Source: Pseudomonadales bacterium
GTDB lineage: Bacteria > Pseudomonadota > Gammaproteobacteria > Pseudomonadales > Azotimanducaceae
Direction of reading: 5' to 3'
DNA length: 64,000 nt
Assembly: GCA_023300545.1 (NCBI GenBank)
Contig: JALZVT010000167.1
Span: 153 to 64,152, forward strand
Positions 51,301 to 58,855 of the stretch are shown here, one piece after another. The notes below the pieces were generated by a model, which saw only the letters and a list, made by a program, of their open reading frames with translations, searched no databases and was not told where the DNA came from. How positions within the stretch are numbered: position 1 is the first letter of the stretch; each line of letters begins with the position of its first letter. The position numbers were made by a program, and so were the translations under genes.

Positions 51301-52352
51301 GCGTAGCGCGGCTAGGTGGTGACGAGTTTGGTCTGCACTTTGAAGGTATGTCGGCCGAAGACGTACGTCGTGTGGGTGGCGAACTGCTCGACACCATGCG
51401 CGAAGAGCGATTCCACTGGGAAGAGCGCGTTCACAGCCTATCAGCAAGCCTTGGGTTGGTGTTCGTCGACGAGTCGAGCGATGTGCAAGAGGTGTTAGTT
51501 TACGCGGAAGAGGCCTGCTACACGGCTAAAGAGTCCGGCCGTAATCGGATGCAGGAATTTGAACTTGGCGACAAGAAAATGATGCGTCGCCAAGGCGTTA
51601 TGGAGTGGGTGGGAGAGCTTGATCGGGCGCTTGATGAAGAGCGCCTGGTGCTTAATTGTCAGCGTATCGTGCCGATTAATCAGCATTCCCAGGTGCAGCC
51701 ACACTACGAGATTTTGCTGACGATGAGAGACGAGGAGGGCAATATGATGCCTCCCGCGGAGTTTATTCTCGCAGCCGAAACCTACAATCGCATGGTGCAA
51801 GTGGATCGTTGGGTGATTACCAACGTGTTCAAGTGGATTTCCGAACATCGCGATGAGCTCGACAATATATCCGGCTTTGCGATTAATATTTCTGGGCACT
51901 CGATGAACGACGAGGCGTTCGCAGACTTTGTGCTTGAGCAGTTCAGCAGCACTCAAACGCCAACGTCAAAAGTTTGCTTCGAGGTTACAGAGACGGCTGC
52001 AATATCAAACCTTGATAACGCGATTGATTTCATGAACCGAATGAAAATTATCGGTTGTCGGTTTTCGCTGGATGACTTTGGTACGGGTCTGTCGTCCTAT
52101 TCTTACCTGCGTAACCTGCCGGTCGATTACGTGAAGATCGACGGCGTCTTTGTCCGTGATTTGGTGGATAGCCCTGGAGACTACGCGGTAGTGCGCTCTA
52201 TCAATGAAATTGGCCATTACATGGGCAAGAAGACGATCGCTGAGTTTGTTGAGAACGACGAAATTCTCGCTCAACTTAAGGAGATCGGCGTCGACTATGC
52301 GCAGGGCTACGGCATACACAAGCCTTCACCGCTGAGCGAGCTAGTTCTCTAG
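48321..52352 (+). CDS. Multidomain c-di-GMP protein: PilZ-like N-terminus, DUF1631-like central region, GGDEF and EAL domains
   Basis: RRQHLR (RxxxR) and DFCQSG (DxSxxG with S to C) lie about 23 aa apart. The central ~700 aa are helical with segments I recall from DUF1631 (LLSKARDAGTNAMQMMFFEGL). GGDEF at 51315-51329. The EAL domain has EIL, NIS, EVTE, DDFGTG, KIDG, EFVE and QGY. Confidence 0.85.
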   Translation: MLGPEQVWLDLMDANRRQHLRQPISLSALVHPPQGRSWLCTIRDFCQSGMLLTGAGGSSSLMATGGNFDSGAEISLHFSVATPKGQLHFRLPCVVARVLDNGAGMGIRYPQGLPSDAFDALLEYAVASGTVSRREFSGDAESTNAVEGQVPDVLLRDHRVSEQDADRIKRRLRRVMERAVERISRNFYDSASKNLLSKARDAGTNAMQMMFFEGLDQLEKGEAQVKSSFAELVLKQIDQVSEFESVLEKRRRRETGNTQKLELVDTEEFEEWLVVAEVISKAEGRFSDTLVDLRTMLELLAKPWGHKDVVPIGPAVLTWAFADAIETLEFRRNVKSEVFTEFQNTLIPVLESLYSALTTMLDETGVFPSVEELRTAQLRSTQPAKPRAAAEPPPVQDPENYQEMDSAVREAAMAVDGVSSPRVMAGHDPFAPSVRGGTAEVYKAARELLSLGRQTRERMGQTVDDPIAPDDAPDAAKFASDDIMEAFQQIQSELGDTTLDDQRLKPRLIEVLRQRHGDAKGFGAAEYDTINVMENLVDSMQEDQLVTEGVRDWIKRLEITLNKVAATDEKFLEHTAEEPHSAAMMLNLLARLGNTNDASQGIDREVGRRVDAVLEKVVNDYDENPEIIQEAVDELNPLIDRQTKAYRGNVERTVRASEGQQKLARARRAVVDEVGDRIADQEVPDLLVEMLNPGWRNLMVHTYLRNGIDSPEWRDALTVVDQVKQHLTGETSPGDEDYVEPEDILKRVVGGLNDISFDPAKRTPLVMKLSSAMVGDTAGEKIATQPVHTAKDELIDVLGLDGLLPDTDPGIETEDEDLRSSWSTALERARRIQVGEWLAISDEDGRPLILTVAFVGDQYTLFVLVNRKGVKTKELSLKQLTDGLHRGDMTLLDDYDMPLMERASQRMLQNMHNQLAYQASHDELTSLLNRKEFERGIDKAISKAKADHSESALFHLDLDQFKIINNTSGHAAGDALLKHLGVMLSSFAEPYDGRVARLGGDEFGLHFEGMSAEDVRRVGGELLDTMREERFHWEERVHSLSASLGLVFVDESSDVQEVLVYAEEACYTAKESGRNRMQEFELGDKKMMRRQGVMEWVGELDRALDEERLVLNCQRIVPINQHSQVQPHYEILLTMRDEEGNMMPPAEFILAAETYNRMVQVDRWVITNVFKWISEHRDELDNISGFAINISGHSMNDEAFADFVLEQFSSTQTPTSKVCFEVTETAAISNLDNAIDFMNRMKIIGCRFSLDDFGTGLSSYSYLRNLPVDYVKIDGVFVRDLVDSPGDYAVVRSINEIGHYMGKKTIAEFVENDEILAQLKEIGVDYAQGYGIHKPSPLSELVL

Positions 52353-52382
52353 GTCTAGTTGCCGTTGATGTTTGCGTGCTAA

Positions 52383-53279
52383 TTACAGCAAGAATTCAAG
52401 CAGGGCCTTTTGCGTGTGCAGACGGTTGCCTGCTTCTTCCCATACGACACTGCGTGGGTCGTCCATGACATCGTCGCTGACTTCTTCCCCGCGGTGCGCC
52501 GGCAGGCAATGCATGAGCAACGTATCTTTAGTCGCAAGATCCAGTAGTTTTCGATTGACTTGAAACGGTGCGAAAGCTGCGAGGCGAGCCGCGGTTTCTT
52601 CTTCGTGCCCCATCGACGACCAGACGTCGGTTACCACAAGGTCTGCTTTTTCGACGGCTTCTTCGGCGCTGTCGACGAGGTTTGCGTTGTTTGTGCTGGC
52701 TAGGCGTTCTGGATCAGGTTGGTAGCCTTCCGGGCAGGCGATTTTCAGATTGAAACCCAACTGTGCCGCTGCGTTGATGTAGGAATTGCACATGTTGTAG
52801 CCGTCGCCTACAAAGGCAACGGTTGCGCCTTCTATCGAGCCACGGTGGTCGGTAAAGGTTTGAATGTCGGCTAATAATTGACAAGGGTGATACAGCTCAG
52901 ACATGGCGTTGATGACTGGGATGCTTGCGTAGTGGGCAAAGGTATTCATGTCGGCCTGGGAGTCGCCGCGAATCATTACAATGTCGACCATTTCAGATAA
53001 CACCCGTGCGGTATCTTCTACGGGTTCGCCACGACCGAGCTGGCTGCTGTCTGGGTTCAGAAAGATCGCATGTCCGCCAAGTTGGTGCATGCCGGTTTCG
53101 AATGCAACGCGCGTACGCGTGGAGCTGAGTCCGAAGATCATCGCTAGCGTTTTGCCACGCAGTGGTTCCCACAGTTCGCCGGCTTTTTGCATGGCCTTTA
53201 GTTCGTGAGCCCGTTGAACAAGAAATTGAATCTCTTCCGGGGAAGTGTCGAGCAACGTCAGAAAATCGCGTTTGGCCAT
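52383..53279 (-). CDS. argF: Ornithine carbamoyltransferase (anabolic type)
   Basis: 298 aa with the carbamoyl-phosphate motif SSTRTR, HPCQ, the ornithine motif DVWSSMG and [10 protein letters not shown]. Confidence 0.9.
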   Translation of the reverse strand: MAKRDFLTLLDTSPEEIQFLVQRAHELKAMQKAGELWEPLRGKTLAMIFGLSSTRTRVAFETGMHQLGGHAIFLNPDSSQLGRGEPVEDTARVLSEMVDIVMIRGDSQADMNTFAHYASIPVINAMSELYHPCQLLADIQTFTDHRGSIEGATVAFVGDGYNMCNSYINAAAQLGFNLKIACPEGYQPDPERLASTNNANLVDSAEEAVEKADLVVTDVWSSMGHEEETAARLAAFAPFQVNRKLLDLATKDTLLMHCLPAHRGEEVSDDVMDDPRSVVWEEAGNRLHTQKALLEFLL

Positions 53280-53337
53280 GGTCTCTATCTTGATTGGGGA
53301 GGGTGAAGTAGCGTGCTTAAGGCGTGCAGGATCGCGG

Positions 53338-54489
53338 CTATATCAGGCCGACAACGCGATCGACCATATCGTCAGCCTGCGCATCGCTCATGATAAGCGG
53401 CGGCAACAATCGAATGACGCAATCGGCGGTAACGTTTAACAGCAGCCGTGCATCCAGAGCGGTACCGACAAGCTCGGGACAAGGTTCGGTGAGTTGAACC
53501 GCCAGCATTAAGCCGGCACCACGAATGTTCGCAACCCGGTTGTTGCCTTTGAGTGCATCTCGAAAGCGTTTGAGCATGCGTTCGCCGAGTTCGTTGGCGC
53601 GCAGCATCAGCCCGTCTTCCAAGGCATCGATGACGGCATTGGCTGCAGCGCAGGCGAGCGGATTGCCGCCGAAGGTTGAGCCGTGGGTGCCGGGCACAAG
53701 CATCTTAGCCGCTTTGCCACGGGCGAGGCAGGCGCCAATAGGTACGCCGTTGCCGAGACCTTTGGCGGTGGTGACGACGTCCGGCACACAGTTGGTGTGC
53801 TGGTAGGCAAAATAAGTGCCTGTGCGGCCGTTGCCGGTTTGCACTTCATCCAGCATTAATAAGAGCTGGTGCTCATCACAGAGTGCGCGCAACTGTGGCA
53901 GGTAGTTTGGGGCAGGGATCTGAATGCCGCCTTCGCCAAGAACGGGCTCTGTTAGCACGGCAACTACTTCGGGGTTATTGGCGACAATCCGCCGAACGGC
54001 TTCAACGTCACCAAAGGGGGCTCGCACAAATCCACCGAGCAGTGGTTCGAAGCCGGCCTGTACTTTGCGATTGCCCGTTGCGGTTAGCGTTGCCATGGTG
54101 CGGCCATGAAAGCTGCCGTCCATGACCACAATAGTTGGTGTTTTGATGTTTTTGGATGAGCCGTACAGGCGGGCGATTTTTATGGCCGCCTCGTTAGCTT
54201 CGGCGCCAGAATTGCCAAAAAAGACAGAATCCATGCCTGAGAGTTCCACCAGTCGGCTAGCGAGCCGTTCCTGCTGTGGAATTTTGTACAGGTTCGACGT
54301 GTGTAGCAGCTGGCCTGCCTGGTCTTTGATCGCTTGGCTGACCCCAGGGTGGGCGTGACCCAGACCGGCAACGGCAATGCCGCTGAGGCCGTCGAGGTAC
54401 TCATTGCCGTCTTCGTCGAACAGGTTTGCACCCTTGCCCCGCACAAAGGCGACGGGCAAACGCTTGTAAGTTTCCATGATTGCGGTCAT
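53338..54489 (-). CDS. argD: Acetylornithine aminotransferase (class III PLP aminotransferase)
   Basis: 383 aa. [28 protein letters not shown], and the PLP-lysine region [12 protein letters not shown]. Adjacent to argF. Confidence 0.8.
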   Translation of the reverse strand: MTAIMETYKRLPVAFVRGKGANLFDEDGNEYLDGLSGIAVAGLGHAHPGVSQAIKDQAGQLLHTSNLYKIPQQERLASRLVELSGMDSVFFGNSGAEANEAAIKIARLYGSSKNIKTPTIVVMDGSFHGRTMATLTATGNRKVQAGFEPLLGGFVRAPFGDVEAVRRIVANNPEVVAVLTEPVLGEGGIQIPAPNYLPQLRALCDEHQLLLMLDEVQTGNGRTGTYFAYQHTNCVPDVVTTAKGLGNGVPIGACLARGKAAKMLVPGTHGSTFGGNPLACAAANAVIDALEDGLMLRANELGERMLKRFRDALKGNNRVANIRGAGLMLAVQLTEPCPELVGTALDARLLLNVTADCVIRLLPPLIMSDAQADDMVDRVVGLI

Positions 54490-54646
54490 AGCAGGATCAT
54501 CTGGTTGTCAGGCTTGGGGAAATAAGGTGCCAGAAACGTAAAAGGCAGCCGAGCTGCCGTCAATCTGCCACTATAGTACTCCCCTGTGGGGCTAACAAGC
54601 GGCAAACAATTCGGTAGAATAGCGCCATCATAAAAGGCAGATACCC

Positions 54647-54985
54647 ATGAGCGAAGCAGTTCTCGACTCCATCCGCGAGCAGGTTACGAGCAATCCCATC
54701 ATTCTTTATATGAAAGGGTCACCCCAGGCACCGCAGTGCGGCTTTTCAGCTCGCACCGTGCAGGCGCTGATGGCCTGTGGTGAGCGCTTTGCCTACGTCG
54801 ATATCCTCAGTAATCCCGAGATCCGCGCGATTTTGCCGCAGTACTCAGACTGGCCGACGTTTCCGCAGTTGTATGTGGGCGGCGAACTGGTTGGCGGCTG
54901 CGATATTATCAGCGAGATGTTTGAAGCGGGCGAACTGCAAGAGCTGATTAAAGGCGCCGGGGAACCCGAAGCGACAGCTGAGTAA
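54647..54985 (+). CDS. grxD: Monothiol glutaredoxin (Grx4 family)
   Basis: 112 aa with the CGFS active site (PQCGFSART) and WPTFPQLYVGGELVGGCDI. Confidence 0.93.
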   Translation: MSEAVLDSIREQVTSNPIILYMKGSPQAPQCGFSARTVQALMACGERFAYVDILSNPEIRAILPQYSDWPTFPQLYVGGELVGGCDIISEMFEAGELQELIKGAGEPEATAE

Positions 54986-55010
54986 CTATAAAGAGAAGCG
55001 ACAGCTGAGT

Positions 55011-55034
55011 GGGGTCAGAATTTATTCTGACCCC
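55011..55034. repeat. Palindromic hairpin element copy (GGGGTCAGAATTTATTCTGACCCC) between convergent grxD and rnt
   Basis: 10-bp stem identical to the arms of the 32991 copy. No U-tract on either side. Preceded by a 16-bp direct duplication of the grxD 3-prime end. Confidence 0.75.
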
Positions 55035-55075
55035 TGCCTCGCGATAACGCGACAGCACTCCCAGACCTCAAAGCC

Positions 55076-55681
55076 TCAGTCTGAAGGCTCCCACACCCCA
55101 CACTCTTTATCCCACTTATTTACGCTCCAACAGAACAGCTCTGCGGTACGTTCGGCGTCGTAGAGCGCGCCGTGTGCCTGGTCACTGTCAAAAGGAATGT
55201 CTGCGCGGTTGCAGGCTTCGCGCAGTACGGTGTGCCCAACGCTTAGGGCGGCGATGGAGGCCGTGTCGATAAAGGTAAACGGATGGAATGGCGCGCGTTT
55301 TATGTTGTGCCGGGCAATGCCGGCGTTCAGAAAGCCCATGTCGAAGGCTGCGTTATGCGCCACCATGACAGACCGCTGACAGTCGTTGTCACGCTGTAAA
55401 TCGCGCACCAGAGAAAACAGTTCAGCAAGCCCGTCTGCCTCGCTCATCCCAGGGCGAGTAGGATCGATGCCGGTGATTTTGAGGGAGGCTTCCTCCATTG
55501 CACTGCCGGGGCGAGGTGCGATGGCCTGCTGCCAACTGCCTGCGAGACGGATCCCTTTTTCGTCGAGATGCAGGAATACTGCCGCTATCTCAAGGATGGC
55601 GTGTTTGTTGGCGTCAAACCCGCCGGTCTCGATGTCGATGACCACAGGCATGAAACCGCGGAAGCGTGCAGCAAGGTTCAT
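55076..55681 (-). CDS. rnt: Ribonuclease T
   Basis: 201 aa DEDDh exonuclease (PVVIDIETGGF, VAHNAAFDMGFL, HGALYDAERTAELF). Confidence 0.9.
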   Translation of the reverse strand: MNLAARFRGFMPVVIDIETGGFDANKHAILEIAAVFLHLDEKGIRLAGSWQQAIAPRPGSAMEEASLKITGIDPTRPGMSEADGLAELFSLVRDLQRDNDCQRSVMVAHNAAFDMGFLNAGIARHNIKRAPFHPFTFIDTASIAALSVGHTVLREACNRADIPFDSDQAHGALYDAERTAELFCWSVNKWDKECGVWEPSD

Positions 55682-55922
55682 GTGCCTACCCTACCAGTCA
55701 ATCGCCCTGTCACAAACAATCTTGCGTGCATGTGATGTAAATGCTTTTGGTACATGTACGTGTTGCTGCAAAGCGACCTAAACAGTGAATAAACAACAAA
55801 TCAATTGTTTGCCTATCTTGGTTTGTTCTCGTGCAGGCGTTGTGGGGTTGACCAGCTCTGCTGGCTCTTGGCAGCGTCGGTGCGTTTCACTACCCTACGG
55901 CTCCCCATCGAGGTGACAACAC

Positions 55923-57146
55923 ATGAGTAAAGCGATAAACAAGATTGTTCTGGCCTATTCAGGCGGCTTAGACACCTCAGTTATCTGCCGCTGGCTGCAG
56001 GAAACCTATGGCGCGGAAGTGGTCACCTACACCGCTGATCTTGGGCAGGACGGCGAGGTTGAACCTGCGCGCGCCAAAGCCGAGCAGATGGGCGTGAAAG
56101 AGATTTTCATCGAAGACGAGCGCGAAGAGTTTGTTCGTGACTTCGTGTTTCCAATGTTCCGCTGCAATACGGTATACGAAGGTGAGTATTTGCTCGGCAC
56201 CTCGATTGCTCGGCCACTCATCACTAAGCGTTTGGTGGAGATCGCTCGCGAAACTGGTGCTGATGCGATTGCTCACGGCGCTACCGGTAAGGGCAACGAT
56301 CAGGTTCGCTTTGAACTGGGTGCCTATGCGCTCGACCCCGATATTAAAGTGATTGCACCTTGGCGTACCTGGGATTTGAATTCCCGCGAAGTACTGATGG
56401 AGTACTGTGAAAATAACCAGATCCCGGTTGATTTCAAACAGGGTGAAAAATCGCCTTATTCGATGGACGCAAACCTGCTACACATTTCTTATGAAGGTGG
56501 CGGTCTTGAAGACCCTTGGCAGGAAGCTGACGAGGGGATGTGGCGTTGGACCGTAAACCCGGTAGATGCTCCTGACATACCCCTCGATATCGAGCTGACC
56601 TACAAAGGCGGTGACCCCATTGCTCTCGACGGTAAGCCGCTCTCGCCGGCGCAGATGCTTACGGAGTTGAACCGTCTTGGCGGTCTGCATGGTGTCGGCC
56701 GTGACGACCTAGTTGAGAATCGAATGGTGGGCATGAAGTCGCGCGGTTGTTATGAAACACCCGGCGGTACCATCATGCTGAAAGGCCATCGGGGTATGGA
56801 GTCGATTACACTCGATCGCGAACTCGGTCATTTGAAAGACTCTCTGATGCCGAAATACGCAGAGATGATTTATAACGGCTATTGGTGGTCACCCGAGCGC
56901 CTGGCGCTGCAAGCTTTGATTGATGAGTCACAGAAATACGTCAACGGTGTCGTTAAACTGCGGTTATTCAAAGGAACCGTTTCTGTTACCGGCCGAAAAT
57001 CCGATGACAGTCTGTATGACGCAGACGTCGTGACATTTGAAGACGACGGCGGAGCCTACGATCAGGCAGACGCTGCCGGATTCATCAAGCTTAATGCCCT
57101 CCGGCTGCGGTTGGCTGCAAAGCGTGGACGGAATTTGCTCGACTAG
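55923..57146 (+). CDS. argG: Argininosuccinate synthase
   Basis: 407 aa with the ATP motif [25 protein letters not shown] and [18 protein letters not shown]. Confidence 0.95.
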   Translation: MSKAINKIVLAYSGGLDTSVICRWLQETYGAEVVTYTADLGQDGEVEPARAKAEQMGVKEIFIEDEREEFVRDFVFPMFRCNTVYEGEYLLGTSIARPLITKRLVEIARETGADAIAHGATGKGNDQVRFELGAYALDPDIKVIAPWRTWDLNSREVLMEYCENNQIPVDFKQGEKSPYSMDANLLHISYEGGGLEDPWQEADEGMWRWTVNPVDAPDIPLDIELTYKGGDPIALDGKPLSPAQMLTELNRLGGLHGVGRDDLVENRMVGMKSRGCYETPGGTIMLKGHRGMESITLDRELGHLKDSLMPKYAEMIYNGYWWSPERLALQALIDESQKYVNGVVKLRLFKGTVSVTGRKSDDSLYDADVVTFEDDGGAYDQADAAGFIKLNALRLRLAAKRGRNLLD

Positions 57147-57190
57147 CACACCAAGGATTGGCGTTGCTTCTCTGACCAGTGGAGTGACGC

Positions 57191-57772
57191 ATGAGTAACT
57201 ATCAGGTGCTTTTTAATGGGGTGGTCGCCGAGGGTGATGACGCCAGTAGTGTCGAGCGCGAGCTAGCAGGCGTTTTGGGCATTGATGCCAGCAAGGCGAA
57301 GCGCCTCTTTAACGGTCGCACCGTCGTACTGGCAAGCCAGCTCAGTCGCGATGAAGCGATGGATATGCAGGCTCGGCTAGAAAAGGTCGGTGCAATCTCG
57401 CGCATCAAAGACTTGACCCCCAAAACCCAGCAACCCCTCGACTACGAGTCTGATCGTAACGATGGCACGCTCCGTGATCTGACCGCTGCCCATATCGATT
57501 GTCCGCGTTGTGGCCATATGCAACTCGACTCTACCCATTGCGCCCGTTGTGGTGTTGATCTTGAGGCCTTGTTTCGCAAGCGTCGGAAAGACGAACTGTT
57601 GATGGAGAAAAAACTGCGCGATCACCGCGCGGCGCAGCAAAAGCAAGCTGAACAGGCTGCTAGTGCCGGTGTTGATGCTGGCAATGATGTTGTGGACAGC
57701 GGCCCCCGCGGGCCTGTTCAGGCAAAAGCCAAAAGTGGCTTCTTCTCCCGTCTGTTTGGTCGGTCAGCCTGA
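57191..57772 (+). CDS. Hypothetical protein with zinc-ribbon and C-terminal amphipathic tail
   Basis: 193 aa. N-terminal ~75-aa domain, CPRC...CARC zinc-ribbon (57500-57550), charged helical region and C-terminal KSGFFSRLFGRSA. Confidence 0.6.
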   Translation: MSNYQVLFNGVVAEGDDASSVERELAGVLGIDASKAKRLFNGRTVVLASQLSRDEAMDMQARLEKVGAISRIKDLTPKTQQPLDYESDRNDGTLRDLTAAHIDCPRCGHMQLDSTHCARCGVDLEALFRKRRKDELLMEKKLRDHRAAQQKQAEQAASAGVDAGNDVVDSGPRGPVQAKAKSGFFSRLFGRSA

Positions 57773-57785
57773 CGCGTCTTTTCTG

Positions 57786-57813
57786 TGCAATCGCTGTTTC
57801 ACTAGCGATTGCA
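57786..57813 (+). other. 10-bp perfect stem-loop after the hypothetical gene
   Basis: TGCAATCGCT-gtttcact-AGCGATTGCA begins 14 nt after the stop at 57772. There is no U-tract, so this is a terminator-like or stabilising hairpin. Confidence 0.5.
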
Positions 57814-57883
57814 CCTTGTCAGCGTTCACCGTGCTGCGACAATGGCAGAACCGCTTAGCGTTGATAGTTAAGGCCGTAATCTA

Positions 57884-58723
57884 ATGTCATCTCACTCCCA
57901 GCTCGCCACTGCCGCGGCTTCTGCGCCCATTGGTGTGTTCGACTCCGGCATGGGCGGGCTTACCGTGTTGCGCGCACTAGAACGCGCGATGCCGCAACAG
58001 TCGTTTGTTTATCTGGGAGACACTGCTCGACTTCCCTACGGCACCAAAAGTGCGCTCACTGTGCAGCGTTATGCGCTGCGTGCTTCACGTGAGCTTGTTG
58101 AGCGTGGGGTGAGTGCGCTGGTGGTTGCATGTAACACCGCTTCAGCGGTGGCGCTTGATGCGTTGCGCGCTGAATACTCGGACCTACCTGTTTTTGGTGT
58201 TGTTGAGCCAGGCGCCGCCGCGGCGTGTGCGGTGCCAAACACCAAACGTATTGCCGTCTTTGCGACCGAGAGTACGGTGCGTGGTGGTGCCTATCAGCGA
58301 GCTCTACTGGCCCACAATTCTAGACTGGCTGTACGCGCGCGTCCTTGTCAGTTGCTGGTAGCACTGGCGGAAGAGGGCTGGCTGAATGGTGACGTGCCAG
58401 ATGCTGTGCTTAACGGATATTTGCGGAGTTGGTTGCGCTGGCAACCGGACGTACTGTTGTTGGGTTGCACACATTTCCCTGTGTTTCGTGCGCAGTTGCA
58501 GAGACTTGCAGGTGCGCAGGTAACCATTGTCGATTCTGCGGAAACCACAGCCACAGAAGTGGCGAGTGCGTTGTCGCCGCTGCCTGAAATAATTCAACCA
58601 GAGGCGCGCGCGATTTTGACAACGCGTACCTTACTAGCGACAGATGACGTGGCTCGTTTTCGACGCGTCGGCCAGCACTTTCTTGGCGAGGCATTGGGGG
58701 ATGTTGAGTTAGTCGACATTTGA
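57884..58723 (+). CDS. murI: Glutamate racemase
   Basis: 279 aa with FDSGMGGLTV and the catalytic Cys motifs VVACNTAS and LGCTHFP. Confidence 0.93.
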   Translation: MSSHSQLATAAASAPIGVFDSGMGGLTVLRALERAMPQQSFVYLGDTARLPYGTKSALTVQRYALRASRELVERGVSALVVACNTASAVALDALRAEYSDLPVFGVVEPGAAAACAVPNTKRIAVFATESTVRGGAYQRALLAHNSRLAVRARPCQLLVALAEEGWLNGDVPDAVLNGYLRSWLRWQPDVLLLGCTHFPVFRAQLQRLAGAQVTIVDSAETTATEVASALSPLPEIIQPEARAILTTRTLLATDDVARFRRVGQHFLGEALGDVELVDI

Positions 58724-58855
58724 TTTGTCGCCGCACTCCCTTCTACCTAACGTTCATTGATAAGATACCCGCGACGCAAAGGTATTCTCCTTTAGCGTCA
58801 TCAGCCTGATCCGATGCGGTCCTAGTTTTATAATGACATTTCAGTACCTAGTTCG

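Noticed and set aside
55785-55807. Possible ARG box (GTGAATAAACAACAAATCAATTG) upstream of argG
   Set aside because: Only the TGAAT half-site matches. The second half-site (ATTCA) is absent at the required spacing, and there is no tandem second box.
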